NCBI GenBank assembly: GCA_945861725.1
Contig: CAMAVJ010000004.1
Location: forward strand, 30,721-94,720
Reading direction: 5' to 3'
Length of the DNA stretch: 64,000 nucleotides
Source of the DNA: Rickettsia typhi
GTDB lineage: Bacteria > Pseudomonadota > Alphaproteobacteria > Rickettsiales > Deianiraeaceae
Shown one piece after another: positions 36,877 to 46,243 of this stretch (its first letter is position 1; each line of letters begins with the position of its first letter). The position numbers were made by a program, and so were the translations under genes. The notes under the pieces were generated by a model. It searched no databases. It had not been told where the DNA came from and saw only the letters and a program-made list of their open reading frames with translations.

Positions 36877-38862
36877 TTAAATTAGTTTAATGTAAGATGC
36901 CTCAATTGCTTCCACTTCCGAAGCTTTGATATAGTAATCTGTGTTTTCATCGAATGCTCTGTAAATCAAGAATGCAATACATAGAGCTGTCGAAACGCCT
37001 GCGAGCCACCAAATGTGCCAAACAATTCCAAAGCCAATGAAAAATGTTATTCCTCCAGCAAAGACACCAATTGCCGTGTTCTTTGGCATATGTATATCTT
37101 CATATTTAACCTTAACTTTGTGCGTTATTTGGTTGTTAGGGTTTTCACATTTTTCTTTCATATTCCAAAAGGCGTCTCTATCATGAACGTGCGGCACAAT
37201 TGCAAAGTTGTAAAGAGGAGGAGGCGACGGCATTGACCATTCAAGCGTTCTTCCATCCCAAGGGTCACCAGTTGTATCAGCAAGTTTTTTGCGTTGAATA
37301 ATACTCACAATTAACTGAAGAACTTGACATCCAACACCAGCTGCAATAATTGCCACACCAACAACAGAAACAATCAAAAATGGAGTCCACTCAGGATTAG
37401 TGTAGTAATTCAGGCGACGAGTCATTCCCATTAATCCTAAAATATACAGCGGGACGAAGGTTATGTAAAACCCGATATTCCAGCACCAAAATGCACCCTT
37501 TCCAAGTCTTTCGTGAAGTTTGAAGCCCGTTATTTTTGGAAACCAGTAAATTAAACCGGCTAAATACCCAAATACAACGCCTCCAATTATTGTATTATGG
37601 AAGTGTGCAATTAAGAAAAGTGAGTTATGAACTTGGAAATCCACCCCAGGAATTGCCATCATAACACCAGTCATTCCGCCAAATGTGAATGTTACTAAAA
37701 AGCCGAGCGTCCAAAGCATTGGAACGGAAAAAGTTATTCTTCCTCTAAACATTGTGAATAGCCAGTTGAAGATTTTTATCCCCGTTGGAATCGATATAAT
37801 CATTGTTGTTATTCCAAAAAATGCGTTGACATTCGCACCCGATCCCATCGTAAAAAAGTGATGAAGCCATACTATCATTGAAAGAAATACAATGATAAGA
37901 ATAGCCCAGACCATCGTTGTATAGCCAAAAAGCTTCTTTTTTGAAAATGTTGAAACAACTTCGGAAAAAATTCCAAAAGCTGGAAGAACGAGTATGTAAA
38001 CCTCTGGGTGTCCCCATATCCAAATAAGGTTAATGTACATCATTGCATTTCCGCCAAGTTCAGGCGTGAAAAAGTGCATGTCGAACAGTCTATCAAATGA
38101 AAGCATTGCAAGCGTTGCCGTTAAAACGGGGAAGACTGCAATAATCATAATCATTGAAGAAAGGATTGTCCAAGTGAAAATTGGCATTTGCATAAGTTTC
38201 ATTCCTGGTGCACGCATTTTGATAATCGTCACAAAAAAGTTGATCGCAGAAAGAAGTGTTCCAATTCCTGAAATTTGCAAAGCCCAAATATAGTAATCAA
38301 CACCAACACCTGGGGAGTATGTTATTCCTGAAAGCGGCGGATACGCGAGCCAGCCCGTCGCAGCAAATTCACCAATCAAAAGCGAAGCATTGACAAGCAT
38401 TGCGGATGCTATCAAAAGCCAAAGTGAAAGAGAATTTAAAAATGGATAGGCAACATCCCTTGCTCCAATTTGAAGCGGGACGACAAAATTCGCAAGACCA
38501 AACAGAAATGGCATCGCCATAAAGAATATCATAATCACGCCGTGAGCAGTGAAGATTTGATCATAATGTTCAGGCGGCAAGTAGCCAGATCCTTCACCAA
38601 GTGCCATTGCCTGATGGGTTCGCATCATAACGGCATCAGCAAAACCACGCACAAGCATTATAAATGTGATGATTAAATACATTACGCCTATTTTTTTGTG
38701 GTCAACGGTTGTAAGCCAATCTCTCCAAAGCCATTTCCACTTCTTAAAGTATGTTATTAGTGCAAAAATTCCAACTGCACCAAGGGCAATCAGTCCGCCA
38801 GTTATTTGAACGATAGGGTCATGTGGAAGGGAATCTAATCCAAGTTTTCCAAAAATGTTCAT
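36877..38862 (-). CDS. cyoB: Cytochrome bo3 ubiquinol oxidase subunit I
   Basis: 661 aa. It has the heme-copper oxidase motifs [31 protein letters not shown] and [12 protein letters not shown]. Confidence 0.95.
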   Translation of the reverse strand: MNIFGKLGLDSLPHDPIVQITGGLIALGAVGIFALITYFKKWKWLWRDWLTTVDHKKIGVMYLIITFIMLVRGFADAVMMRTHQAMALGEGSGYLPPEHYDQIFTAHGVIMIFFMAMPFLFGLANFVVPLQIGARDVAYPFLNSLSLWLLIASAMLVNASLLIGEFAATGWLAYPPLSGITYSPGVGVDYYIWALQISGIGTLLSAINFFVTIIKMRAPGMKLMQMPIFTWTILSSMIMIIAVFPVLTATLAMLSFDRLFDMHFFTPELGGNAMMYINLIWIWGHPEVYILVLPAFGIFSEVVSTFSKKKLFGYTTMVWAILIIVFLSMIVWLHHFFTMGSGANVNAFFGITTMIISIPTGIKIFNWLFTMFRGRITFSVPMLWTLGFLVTFTFGGMTGVMMAIPGVDFQVHNSLFLIAHFHNTIIGGVVFGYLAGLIYWFPKITGFKLHERLGKGAFWCWNIGFYITFVPLYILGLMGMTRRLNYYTNPEWTPFLIVSVVGVAIIAAGVGCQVLQLIVSIIQRKKLADTTGDPWDGRTLEWSMPSPPPLYNFAIVPHVHDRDAFWNMKEKCENPNNQITHKVKVKYEDIHMPKNTAIGVFAGGITFFIGFGIVWHIWWLAGVSTALCIAFLIYRAFDENTDYYIKASEVEAIEASYIKLI

Positions 38863-38983
38863 TTGTATGTTAAAAAATTATATTTTAATAGCAATTGTTA
38901 GGGTAGCACATATTGCGTCGATTGATCCAACTGCGATGGTAAGTGGCGATAGTGATGAATATTTCATAGTCTATTTCTAATAA

Positions 38984-39865
38984 TTAATGATGACCTTCAT
39001 GCTTCATTTCCAAATGATTATCCATTGGCTTATCTATTTTTTGCATCTTCTCTTCTACTTTGTGGTGGTTATTATGCGAGTCGTGTGACATCATAAATTT
39101 ATCAATTACTCCACGATATAACCCATTTTCTACATCAGAGAATACTTGCACAGGTTCGTTTTTTGTCTGTGGAAATAGTGTTGCATCGTATACATCTTGT
39201 GTAAGATTTATACCTTCAGTTTTAACATATTCAACCCATTTTTCAAACTCTTCTTTTGAAGTTGCTTTTGCAATAAAGTTCATTCCAGAAAATCCATGAC
39301 CGGAGTAATTTGCAGAATAACCACTAAATTCTCCTTCTTTGTTAGCGATTAAATGAATTTGTGTTTCCATTCCTTGCATTGCATAAATTTGACCACCAAG
39401 TTGTGGAATTGCAAAGGAATTCATTGGAGCATCGGCCGTAATTTTAAAATTTAAAGGAGTATCAATTGGAAATTGAATAAAGTTCACGGTTGCAATGTTA
39501 TATTCAGGATAGATGAAGAGCCACTTCCAATCCAAAGCAATAACCTGAATTTCAATTGGCTTTGCTTGGTGTTCGGTCAGTGGGCGGTAAGGATCGAGTT
39601 CGTGCGTCGTTTTCCATGTAACGATTGCAAGGATTATTATCAGAATTGTTGGAATTCCCCACCAGACGATCTCAAGAAGTGTGCTGTGGCACCAATTTGG
39701 TGTATACTTTGCCTTCGTGTTGGATGCTCGGTATTTGTAAGAAAAGAATATTATCATAAGCATTACAGGAATGACGACGATAAGCATCAAAAGAAAGGCG
39801 AAGATTATCAGATTTTTTTCCTGAAGGGCAATTATTCCCATTGGATTCAAGACCGCTATATTCAT
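38984..39865 (-). CDS. cyoA: Cytochrome bo3 ubiquinol oxidase subunit II
   Basis: It has YKYRASN, two TM segments, IALDWKWLFIYPE and MNSFAIPQLGGQIYAMQGM. The start is set at Met11 of ORF 38984..39895, because a TTGACA-N17-TTTCTA promoter overlaps the upstream ATG. Confidence 0.88.
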   Translation of the reverse strand: MNIAVLNPMGIIALQEKNLIIFAFLLMLIVVIPVMLMIIFFSYKYRASNTKAKYTPNWCHSTLLEIVWWGIPTILIIILAIVTWKTTHELDPYRPLTEHQAKPIEIQVIALDWKWLFIYPEYNIATVNFIQFPIDTPLNFKITADAPMNSFAIPQLGGQIYAMQGMETQIHLIANKEGEFSGYSANYSGHGFSGMNFIAKATSKEEFEKWVEYVKTEGINLTQDVYDATLFPQTKNEPVQVFSDVENGLYRGVIDKFMMSHDSHNNHHKVEEKMQKIDKPMDNHLEMKHEGHH

Positions 39866-39894
39866 TTTGCGAATTGTAGTTAACAAGCAAAGCA

Positions 39895-39923
39895 TAGAAA
39901 TTGCAATGGTTTTCCAATGTCAA
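39895..39923 (-). promoter_or_regulatory. Promoter candidate for cyoABCD
   Basis: Minus-strand TTGACA-N17-TTTCTA. It overlaps the first ATG of the ORF track, which argues for the downstream start. Confidence 0.4.
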
Positions 39924-39935
39924 GAAAAATTACAG

Positions 39936-40586
39936 TTATGCAAAAAATTCACGCTTTTTGATCAACCTTTCGTGGAAATCTTCATACTTGAATGCTTCAA
40001 AGACGAAGCTCCCTGCGATGAAGGAATTTGCACCTGCTTTTCTAACGCTTGGAAGGTTTTTTTCCGTTATTCCACCATCAACTTGAAGCAAAATACTCCT
40101 TCCGGATTCCTTGATCATTTGTGAAATTGCTTCAATTTTTGGAATTTGGCTTTCGATGAAGCTTTGTCCGCCAAAGCCGGGGTTGACTGTCATAACTAGA
40201 ATTAAATCGACTAAATCCAAAAGGTGTGCAATTGTGGAATGGTGTGTTGCAGGATTTAATGAGATGCCGACTTTGCATCCGAAAGATTTCAAATACTGGG
40301 CAAGTCTATGTGCGTTTTTTGTTGCCTCAATGTGAAATGTGATGCAGTAAAGCGGGAGATTTTTAAATTGGTCGACGAAAATTTCAGGATTCTCGACCAT
40401 TAAATGGCAATCCATCGTTAGTGGAGTATTGAGCGATGCCAGAATTGGTGCACCAAATGTTAAATTTGGGACAAAATGCCCGTCCATAACATCGCAGTGA
40501 ATGGTTTTGTACCCAGCGGATTCCAAAGCTTTTAGTTGAAAACCCAAATTTCCGAAATCCGCGGAAAGAATTGATGGTATTAACAT
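39936..40586 (-). CDS. rpe: Ribulose-phosphate 3-epimerase
   Basis: 216 aa. It has PSILSADF, HCDVMDGHFVPNLTFG, VMTVNPGFGGQSF and QVDGGI. Confidence 0.93.
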   Translation of the reverse strand: MLIPSILSADFGNLGFQLKALESAGYKTIHCDVMDGHFVPNLTFGAPILASLNTPLTMDCHLMVENPEIFVDQFKNLPLYCITFHIEATKNAHRLAQYLKSFGCKVGISLNPATHHSTIAHLLDLVDLILVMTVNPGFGGQSFIESQIPKIEAISQMIKESGRSILLQVDGGITEKNLPSVRKAGANSFIAGSFVFEAFKYEDFHERLIKKREFFA

Positions 40587-40587
40587 G

Positions 40588-42240
40588 CTATGTGACTTGG
40601 TTAGTGATTGGTGGTTTTCTTGCGGCGTTTACTGCTGATGCCTTTATCGAGTTCGCATTAACTATTGTCATAGCCAGCCGATCAGCTGGCTTTGCGTATC
40701 CTGCCTTCCTCTCTCGATATGCCTCATTAGTTTCACCCACGCCCTTCATCGTACTCTTCTCACCGCCTTGACGTATCTCACTTGGTTTTTCTGCTGCTGC
40801 TGTGAATTTTTGCACCCTCCTATCGACCTTCCCATCGACCTTCCTCTTCAGAACTTCTGTTACATCTTCTGGAGAATGTTTAGTAGTAGCACTGTAAATG
40901 TACTTTGTTACAGCATAAGCGTTATCTGCTTTATTTAATTCGTCCTTCAGCACTAATGTCTTATTTTTGTCCTCTAAACTCTGCATGTCGCCATCATATT
41001 GTGTAACGCTGCTCTTGCTTTGATGTTGCTGCATCTTGCCTTTCATTGTGTCAACTTTTGATTGAGCGGTTTGGAATGGAAGTTTATTAAGGACAAATGC
41101 CGTGAATTTATCCATCTTTTTTTCTCCAAAATTGGCGATTTGCTTAAATGTCGTTCCAAAAGGCTTGTTATATGCCAAATCAACAAACACTGAAGGTATG
41201 GCACATGCAATTGCCACAGTACCCATAACTACCGTTCTTAGTATAACAAAAGGTAACGTAATCAATTTAAATAATCCCTCAAGAATGTCTCGCAGCATAT
41301 CCTTCCCTGCTCTCTTTGCCAACCCTGGAAAATCCTCAATATCGTTACCAAGTCTATGAAAAAAAGCTTTTACTGCACCAAATGGTTCTTTTTGCAGTGC
41401 CTCCTCAACTGCACTGCGGGCATGCAGAATCTTATTCCTTTGATCGACTTTAGCCTGAGCATATGCCAGTGTATTCTTATATTTATCACTCAATTCGATA
41501 TTTAATGCCTTGCGTAAATGTTTCTCTGTTTTAGTACTTTTTAAGTTGTTTAGGGCTTGCCACTCTATTGTATTATTAGTCATCGCTTTCTCATTAGCAT
41601 TCATTGCTGCTGTTAGTGCGTCCGCATACTGTTTAGGCACGTTGCTTGTTGATGAAATCTGTTGTATTGGAGGAGCAGGATTGGATGATTGTGCCGCTTC
41701 ATGTGTTATGCTGTTTAGTGGTAAGCTCAAGAGGAGAGCACGCAATAAAGTATCATCAGCCTCAGGACGGGAGAATATAGCCCTGAGTTTAGCACGTTCC
41801 TCATCGCTTAATGTCGCATCTACTGCGTTGCTCGATGCGTTTGTAGCTTTAAGATCAGCAGCCTGTTTAAGTGAGTAATAATCTAGGAGTTCTTGTTGTT
41901 GCTTTATTGCTTCTAGTGAGAATGTGCTCGCATTTTTATTGATTGCTGTAGCATGGTTATCATCTGGTGCTTGATTATTTAATAATGCTTTTTTTTGGTT
42001 TGCGACTGGTGTGGTAAGTTTTCCGCTCGCAATCTTAATATTTTGTTCCGTTGTAAGTGTGTGACCGTTTGTGCCTTTGTCCATTCGCTTTTGCACATCA
42101 ACAGTTGTATTCCCGCCGATTGGCGGTAAAAGTCTGCGTCGTAGTGTACCTTGGTGGTTTCTCTTGATGTCATCATTAGGTGTTTGCAATCGCTGTGTAA
42201 GTCGACTATGTTCCTGTACTTCTGCTTCACTTCGTACCAT
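40588..42240 (-). CDS. Orphan 550-aa protein, GC-enriched, with a central hydrophobic hairpin; candidate secreted or membrane-inserted effector
   Basis: It has no signal peptide, and both ends are long, hydrophilic and rich in Q, N, K and A. The single hydrophobic block ILEGLFKLITLPFVILRTVVMGTVAIACAIPSVFVDLAY spans residues 319-356. GC is 28/60 in line 41581-41640, against 18/60 in line 39901-39960. Confidence 0.55.
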   Translation of the reverse strand: MVRSEAEVQEHSRLTQRLQTPNDDIKRNHQGTLRRRLLPPIGGNTTVDVQKRMDKGTNGHTLTTEQNIKIASGKLTTPVANQKKALLNNQAPDDNHATAINKNASTFSLEAIKQQQELLDYYSLKQAADLKATNASSNAVDATLSDEERAKLRAIFSRPEADDTLLRALLLSLPLNSITHEAAQSSNPAPPIQQISSTSNVPKQYADALTAAMNANEKAMTNNTIEWQALNNLKSTKTEKHLRKALNIELSDKYKNTLAYAQAKVDQRNKILHARSAVEEALQKEPFGAVKAFFHRLGNDIEDFPGLAKRAGKDMLRDILEGLFKLITLPFVILRTVVMGTVAIACAIPSVFVDLAYNKPFGTTFKQIANFGEKKMDKFTAFVLNKLPFQTAQSKVDTMKGKMQQHQSKSSVTQYDGDMQSLEDKNKTLVLKDELNKADNAYAVTKYIYSATTKHSPEDVTEVLKRKVDGKVDRRVQKFTAAAEKPSEIRQGGEKSTMKGVGETNEAYRERKAGYAKPADRLAMTIVNANSIKASAVNAARKPPITNQVT

Positions 42241-42258
42241 CCTTCAAAATAAAAAATT

Positions 42259-42295
42259 AATAAGTAGAACCACTTAAAAAATGGGTCTACTTATT
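42259..42295 (-). terminator. tuf terminator
   Basis: A 14-bp stem with one mismatch (AATAAGTAGAACCA / TGGGTCTACTTATT) is followed on the minus strand by TTTTTTATTTT. It overlaps a second hairpin (42291-42326). Confidence 0.6.
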
Positions 42296-42341
42296 ACCCC
42301 TAAAGCCGGAGCTCAAAGGGTAATAATAGGTTTTAGCGATA

Positions 42342-43529
42342 TTAAGCAAGAATTTTACCAACAACACCAGCACCAACTGTTCTGCCACCTTCACGGATAG
42401 CGAAACGAACACCTTCGTGCATAGCAATTGGAGAAATTAATTCCACTGTGATTTTAACGTTATCACCAGGCATAACCATTTCAACTCCTTCTGGAAGTGT
42501 AACTGCACCTGTTACGTCTGTTGTCCTGAAGTAAAATTGTGGACGGTAACCCGCAAAGAATGGACTGTGACGACCACCTTCTTCTTTAGAAAGAACATAA
42601 ATTTCAGCTTCGAATTTTGTGTGAGGAGTAACCGTTCCTGGTTTAACGATAACTTGACCACGTTCGATATCATCTTTTTTAACACCACGAAGAAGAATTC
42701 CAACATTGTCCCCAGCTTGACCTTGATCCAATAATTTACGGAACATTTCAACACCGGTAACTGTTGTTTTTTGTGTTGGACGAAGACCAACGATTTCAAC
42801 CTCTTCACCAACTTTGATAATACCAGCTTCAATACGACCAGTAGCAACAGTACCACGACCAGAAATTGAGAATACATCTTCAACTGGCATAATGAATGGT
42901 TTGTCTAACTGACGAATTGGCATTTCGATAAAAGTATCAAGAGCATCCATCAATTTTTTAATTGATTGCGTACCAAGTTCAGAATCTTCACCGCTAAGAG
43001 CTTTCAAGGCTGAACCTCTGATGATTGGAGTGTCATCACCTGGGAAGTTGTACAATGAAAGAAGTTCACGAACCTCCATTTCAACGAGCTCAAGAAGTTC
43101 TTGATCCTCAACCATATCACATTTATTAAGATACACAACAATCCTTGGAACACCAACTTGGCGTGAAAGAAGAATGTGTTCACGAGTTTGTGGCATTGGA
43201 CCATCAACCGCAGACACAACAAGAATAGCACCGTCCATTTGAGCGGCACCTGTTATCATATTTTTGATATAATCGGCGTGTCCTGGACAGTCAACGTGTG
43301 CGTAGTGGCGGTTGTCAGATTCGTATTCAACATGGGCCGTAGAAATTGTAATACCACGAGCTTTTTCTTCAGGAGCTTTATCGATTTGATCGTACGCTTG
43401 AACTTCACCACCGTGTATTGCTGCTTGCACTTTTGTAATTGCTGCTGTAAGCGTTGTTTTGCCGTGATCGACGTGACCAACTGTTCCAACATTTACGTGA
43501 GGTTTATTCCTCTCAAATTTTTCAGCCAT
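42342..43529 (-). CDS. tuf: Elongation factor Tu
   Basis: 395 aa. It has [18 protein letters not shown] and NKCD. Confidence 0.98.
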   Translation of the reverse strand: MAEKFERNKPHVNVGTVGHVDHGKTTLTAAITKVQAAIHGGEVQAYDQIDKAPEEKARGITISTAHVEYESDNRHYAHVDCPGHADYIKNMITGAAQMDGAILVVSAVDGPMPQTREHILLSRQVGVPRIVVYLNKCDMVEDQELLELVEMEVRELLSLYNFPGDDTPIIRGSALKALSGEDSELGTQSIKKLMDALDTFIEMPIRQLDKPFIMPVEDVFSISGRGTVATGRIEAGIIKVGEEVEIVGLRPTQKTTVTGVEMFRKLLDQGQAGDNVGILLRGVKKDDIERGQVIVKPGTVTPHTKFEAEIYVLSKEEGGRHSPFFAGYRPQFYFRTTDVTGAVTLPEGVEMVMPGDNVKITVELISPIAMHEGVRFAIREGGRTVGAGVVGKILA

Positions 43530-43653
43530 ATAGTTTATATTAAATAATTAAATCAAAGTTTTTTCAAAAAAGAACATGTTTTTTTTGCTTGTCAAGGATT
43601 TTTTTTATTGTCTTAGATTTGAAGTTGTGTTTTTTGTAAGGTTAAGTTTTTCC

Positions 43654-43682
43654 TTGCATTTGTGCTAGAAGTATGTTATAAT
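43654..43682 (+). promoter_or_regulatory. Promoter of the Cys-rich orphan gene
   Basis: TTGCAT-N17-TATAAT, 22 nt upstream of the ATG. This is the best sigma70 match in the window. Confidence 0.6.
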
Positions 43683-43704
43683 TGATCAATTAATTCAACT
43701 TGAT

Positions 43705-44346
43705 ATGAATCAAAGCAAGAAAAATGTTGTAAAAACTTTACTTAAACAAGCAAAATATGAACAGGATAATTCTGCTGAGGAGTCTGCGAAAAAATCAAAA
43801 GACCTGAGTATCGAAAATAGAGGGTTAGAGTCAACAATAGATTGTAAAGGTCCTTATTTGCTTGGGTATGAGGATTGTTATGACGATGCTAAGCGGAGGG
43901 ATATTGGCAATGCTACCGTTCCCACCAAGTGTATAGACAATAGTAAGTACAGTCAAGATAAGTACAATCAAGGGTGTAGTAATGCCATGAAGGACGCGAA
44001 TGCTAGCTGTGATAAAATGACAGAAAGTGCTTATTTGTCTAGCCTCAATGACAATAATTGCTTTAATAGCGGTATGAAATTGAAGGGGCAATTCGCATTA
44101 AATATAACAAGTATAAATAATACGACTATTCCGCAATTTTGTCAGACAAGAGTCAATAGACAAGCTTTAGATGGTTGTAGTAGAGCTCACAACAATGGTG
44201 TGACGACGGCATTATTTTCCATCGGCGTTGCAACGCTGGTGCTGGTGGCGTTAGCAACAAAGTTAGCACGATGTAACAGAGGAAATGGAGGACGAAACGA
44301 TGAAATTGAACTTCCAGGAGTCCCAGTAATAGGCCAAGCAAGATAA
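43705..44346 (+). CDS. Orphan Cys-rich protein with a C-terminal TM anchor
   Basis: 213 aa with no N-terminal signal peptide. Eight Cys are spread over residues 47-158. There is one TM segment near the C-terminus (TTALFSIGVATLVLVALATKLA) and a short basic/Gly tail. It has a consensus TTGCAT-N17-TATAAT promoter. GC is 26/60 in line 44161-44220. Confidence 0.55.
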   Translation: MNQSKKNVVKTLLKQAKYEQDNSAEESAKKSKDLSIENRGLESTIDCKGPYLLGYEDCYDDAKRRDIGNATVPTKCIDNSKYSQDKYNQGCSNAMKDANASCDKMTESAYLSSLNDNNCFNSGMKLKGQFALNITSINNTTIPQFCQTRVNRQALDGCSRAHNNGVTTALFSIGVATLVLVALATKLARCNRGNGGRNDEIELPGVPVIGQAR

Positions 44347-44564
44347 TCTAACGGCAGAGATTGTGCGTCTCTAAGTGGTAATTACTAATTGTGTTGGCGG
44401 TATGATGAAATTAATATCGCAAACCTTTGTAATTTTTCATTTGACAATCCTCAAAATTAAATTTCTACTTCCAGCCAATTGACGAATTTTTAGAAAAAAT
44501 TGTTGATTTTATAAAAGTTATAAAACAGATTTGAATCAAATTTGATTTCCGCTGTAACGAGCTA

Positions 44565-45329
44565 ATGAATAAAAAGAAACTGAAAGGTGTATTTCAAGGT
44601 GAACTTTCCAAGCCGCTTTCTTATCCAACGGAGGAAACGCGAGAAAACAAGCCATTTTTCCATGGACATAGAGCCCGAGAACGAGAACGCATAATGCATA
44701 CACCATTTGGACAATCAACAAAACGAGACATTCTTGAGATCCTCCTTTACTATTGCAATCCACGAACCGATACAAAGCCAATTGCAACGGATATTTTGAA
44801 TTATACGGGTGGTGAAATTAATAAAGTGCTGTTTTTTGATGAAAATGATATTAAAAATGTGAAAGGTCTTGGTGATGCATTTTTGTGTCTTATGCGTGTT
44901 ATGCGTGAAATGATGCTTAACGCGTATCGTGAAGATTTAGAAGGAACGCATGGAACAATATTTAACAATTGGAAAGTGGTACATAGTTACCTCAAAACTC
45001 ACATGGCACACCTTAATGTTGAACATTTTAGAATGATGATTCTAAATAATAATAATCAACTTGTGAAAGATTGTCTTATTTCACAAGGGACGGTGAATCA
45101 CGCGAGCGTCTACATTCGTGAAATCGTGAAATATGTTCTTGATAACTTTGGTGTTTCTGTTATTTTGGCACACAACCATCCATCAGGGGACATCGCCCCA
45201 TCACAAAGTGATATCGATATCACAAACAGCATAATCAACGCACTCAATACGATTACAGTTCGAGTACAGGATCATATCATTATTGGCAAAGATAAAACAT
45301 TTTCCTTTCTTGAAGCTGGTCTGATTTAA
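44565..45329 (+). CDS. radC: RadC-family JAB-domain protein
   Basis: 254 aa. It has the HGHRARERERI N-terminal region and the JAMM motif ILAHNHPSGDIAPSQSD. Confidence 0.85.
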   Translation: MNKKKLKGVFQGELSKPLSYPTEETRENKPFFHGHRARERERIMHTPFGQSTKRDILEILLYYCNPRTDTKPIATDILNYTGGEINKVLFFDENDIKNVKGLGDAFLCLMRVMREMMLNAYREDLEGTHGTIFNNWKVVHSYLKTHMAHLNVEHFRMMILNNNNQLVKDCLISQGTVNHASVYIREIVKYVLDNFGVSVILAHNHPSGDIAPSQSDIDITNSIINALNTITVRVQDHIIIGKDKTFSFLEAGLI

Positions 45330-45406
45330 TTTGGATGAAGTCTATTTTCAAAAATTGACTTTTATTTTTATAAAAAATAGCGTATTTTTACAACGTTGCA
45401 TTACCT

Positions 45407-46225
45407 ATGAAACTAAAATCACCAGCAAAAATTAATATTTTTCTGGAAATTACTGGAAAAGACGGAAATTTCCATAAACTTCATTCGCTTTTCGTGCGTA
45501 TAAACTTATTTGATGAAATTGCGGTTAAATCAAGTAATCAACTGTTAATTTCGTATAATAATCAATGTATTGAAGGTGATATTATTCAAAAAACTGTCAA
45601 TCTGTTCCAAAACTACTTCCCAAATGCAAACATCAATTTTGCATTTGATATAACAAAAAATATTCCAATTGGTGCTGGTCTTGGTGGAGCTTCCAGCAAC
45701 GCAGCTGAAATCCTAAAATTTTTAATATTAGAAAATAACATTAAAGTTGGGGCTGAAAAGTTGTTACCAATCGGAAGAGAGATTGGTGCCGATGTTCCAT
45801 TTTTTTTATGCAATGGCACGCAAATTTTAAACGGTACATCACTGGAATTATCCCCTATTTCATTTGCAATTCCAAAGCTTTGGTGTGTAATTGCCTTTCC
45901 AAAATGGAAACTTCTCACGAAGAATGTTTTTGCGAAACTGTCTCATCAATATACACAATTCAAGCACATTAATTCCTTTGATGAAGCTATTTTAAGGAAA
46001 AATGATATGCAAAAGGCAGCGGACGAAATCACAAGTGGGTTAATTTCGAGCACTTTACGCAAAATTTCACATAAAAATGCCATTGCCACTAAAATGTCAG
46101 GCTCTGGATGTGCATGTTTTTCACTTTTTACAGAAAAGTCATCGGCAACTGAGTGTTATAATTTAGCAGAAAATAATGGCGATATAGAAGTGTTTATCGC
46201 TCCAATTTTGGATAAAACAATTTAA
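45407..46225 (+). CDS. ispE: 4-diphosphocytidyl-2-C-methyl-D-erythritol kinase
   Basis: 272 aa. It has SPAKINIFLEITGK and the GHMP motif IPIGAGLGGASSNAA. Confidence 0.88.
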   Translation: MKLKSPAKINIFLEITGKDGNFHKLHSLFVRINLFDEIAVKSSNQLLISYNNQCIEGDIIQKTVNLFQNYFPNANINFAFDITKNIPIGAGLGGASSNAAEILKFLILENNIKVGAEKLLPIGREIGADVPFFLCNGTQILNGTSLELSPISFAIPKLWCVIAFPKWKLLTKNVFAKLSHQYTQFKHINSFDEAILRKNDMQKAADEITSGLISSTLRKISHKNAIATKMSGSGCACFSLFTEKSSATECYNLAENNGDIEVFIAPILDKTI

Positions 46226-46243
46226 CGTCATTAGTGCAAAAAA

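Noticed and set aside
43530-43600. A TTGACA box (minus strand, 43595-43590) as the tuf promoter.
   Set aside because: No acceptable -10 lies 16-19 nt downstream (CTTTTT or TTTTTG), so I did not list it as a feature. It may still be real given the generally weak -10 elements here.
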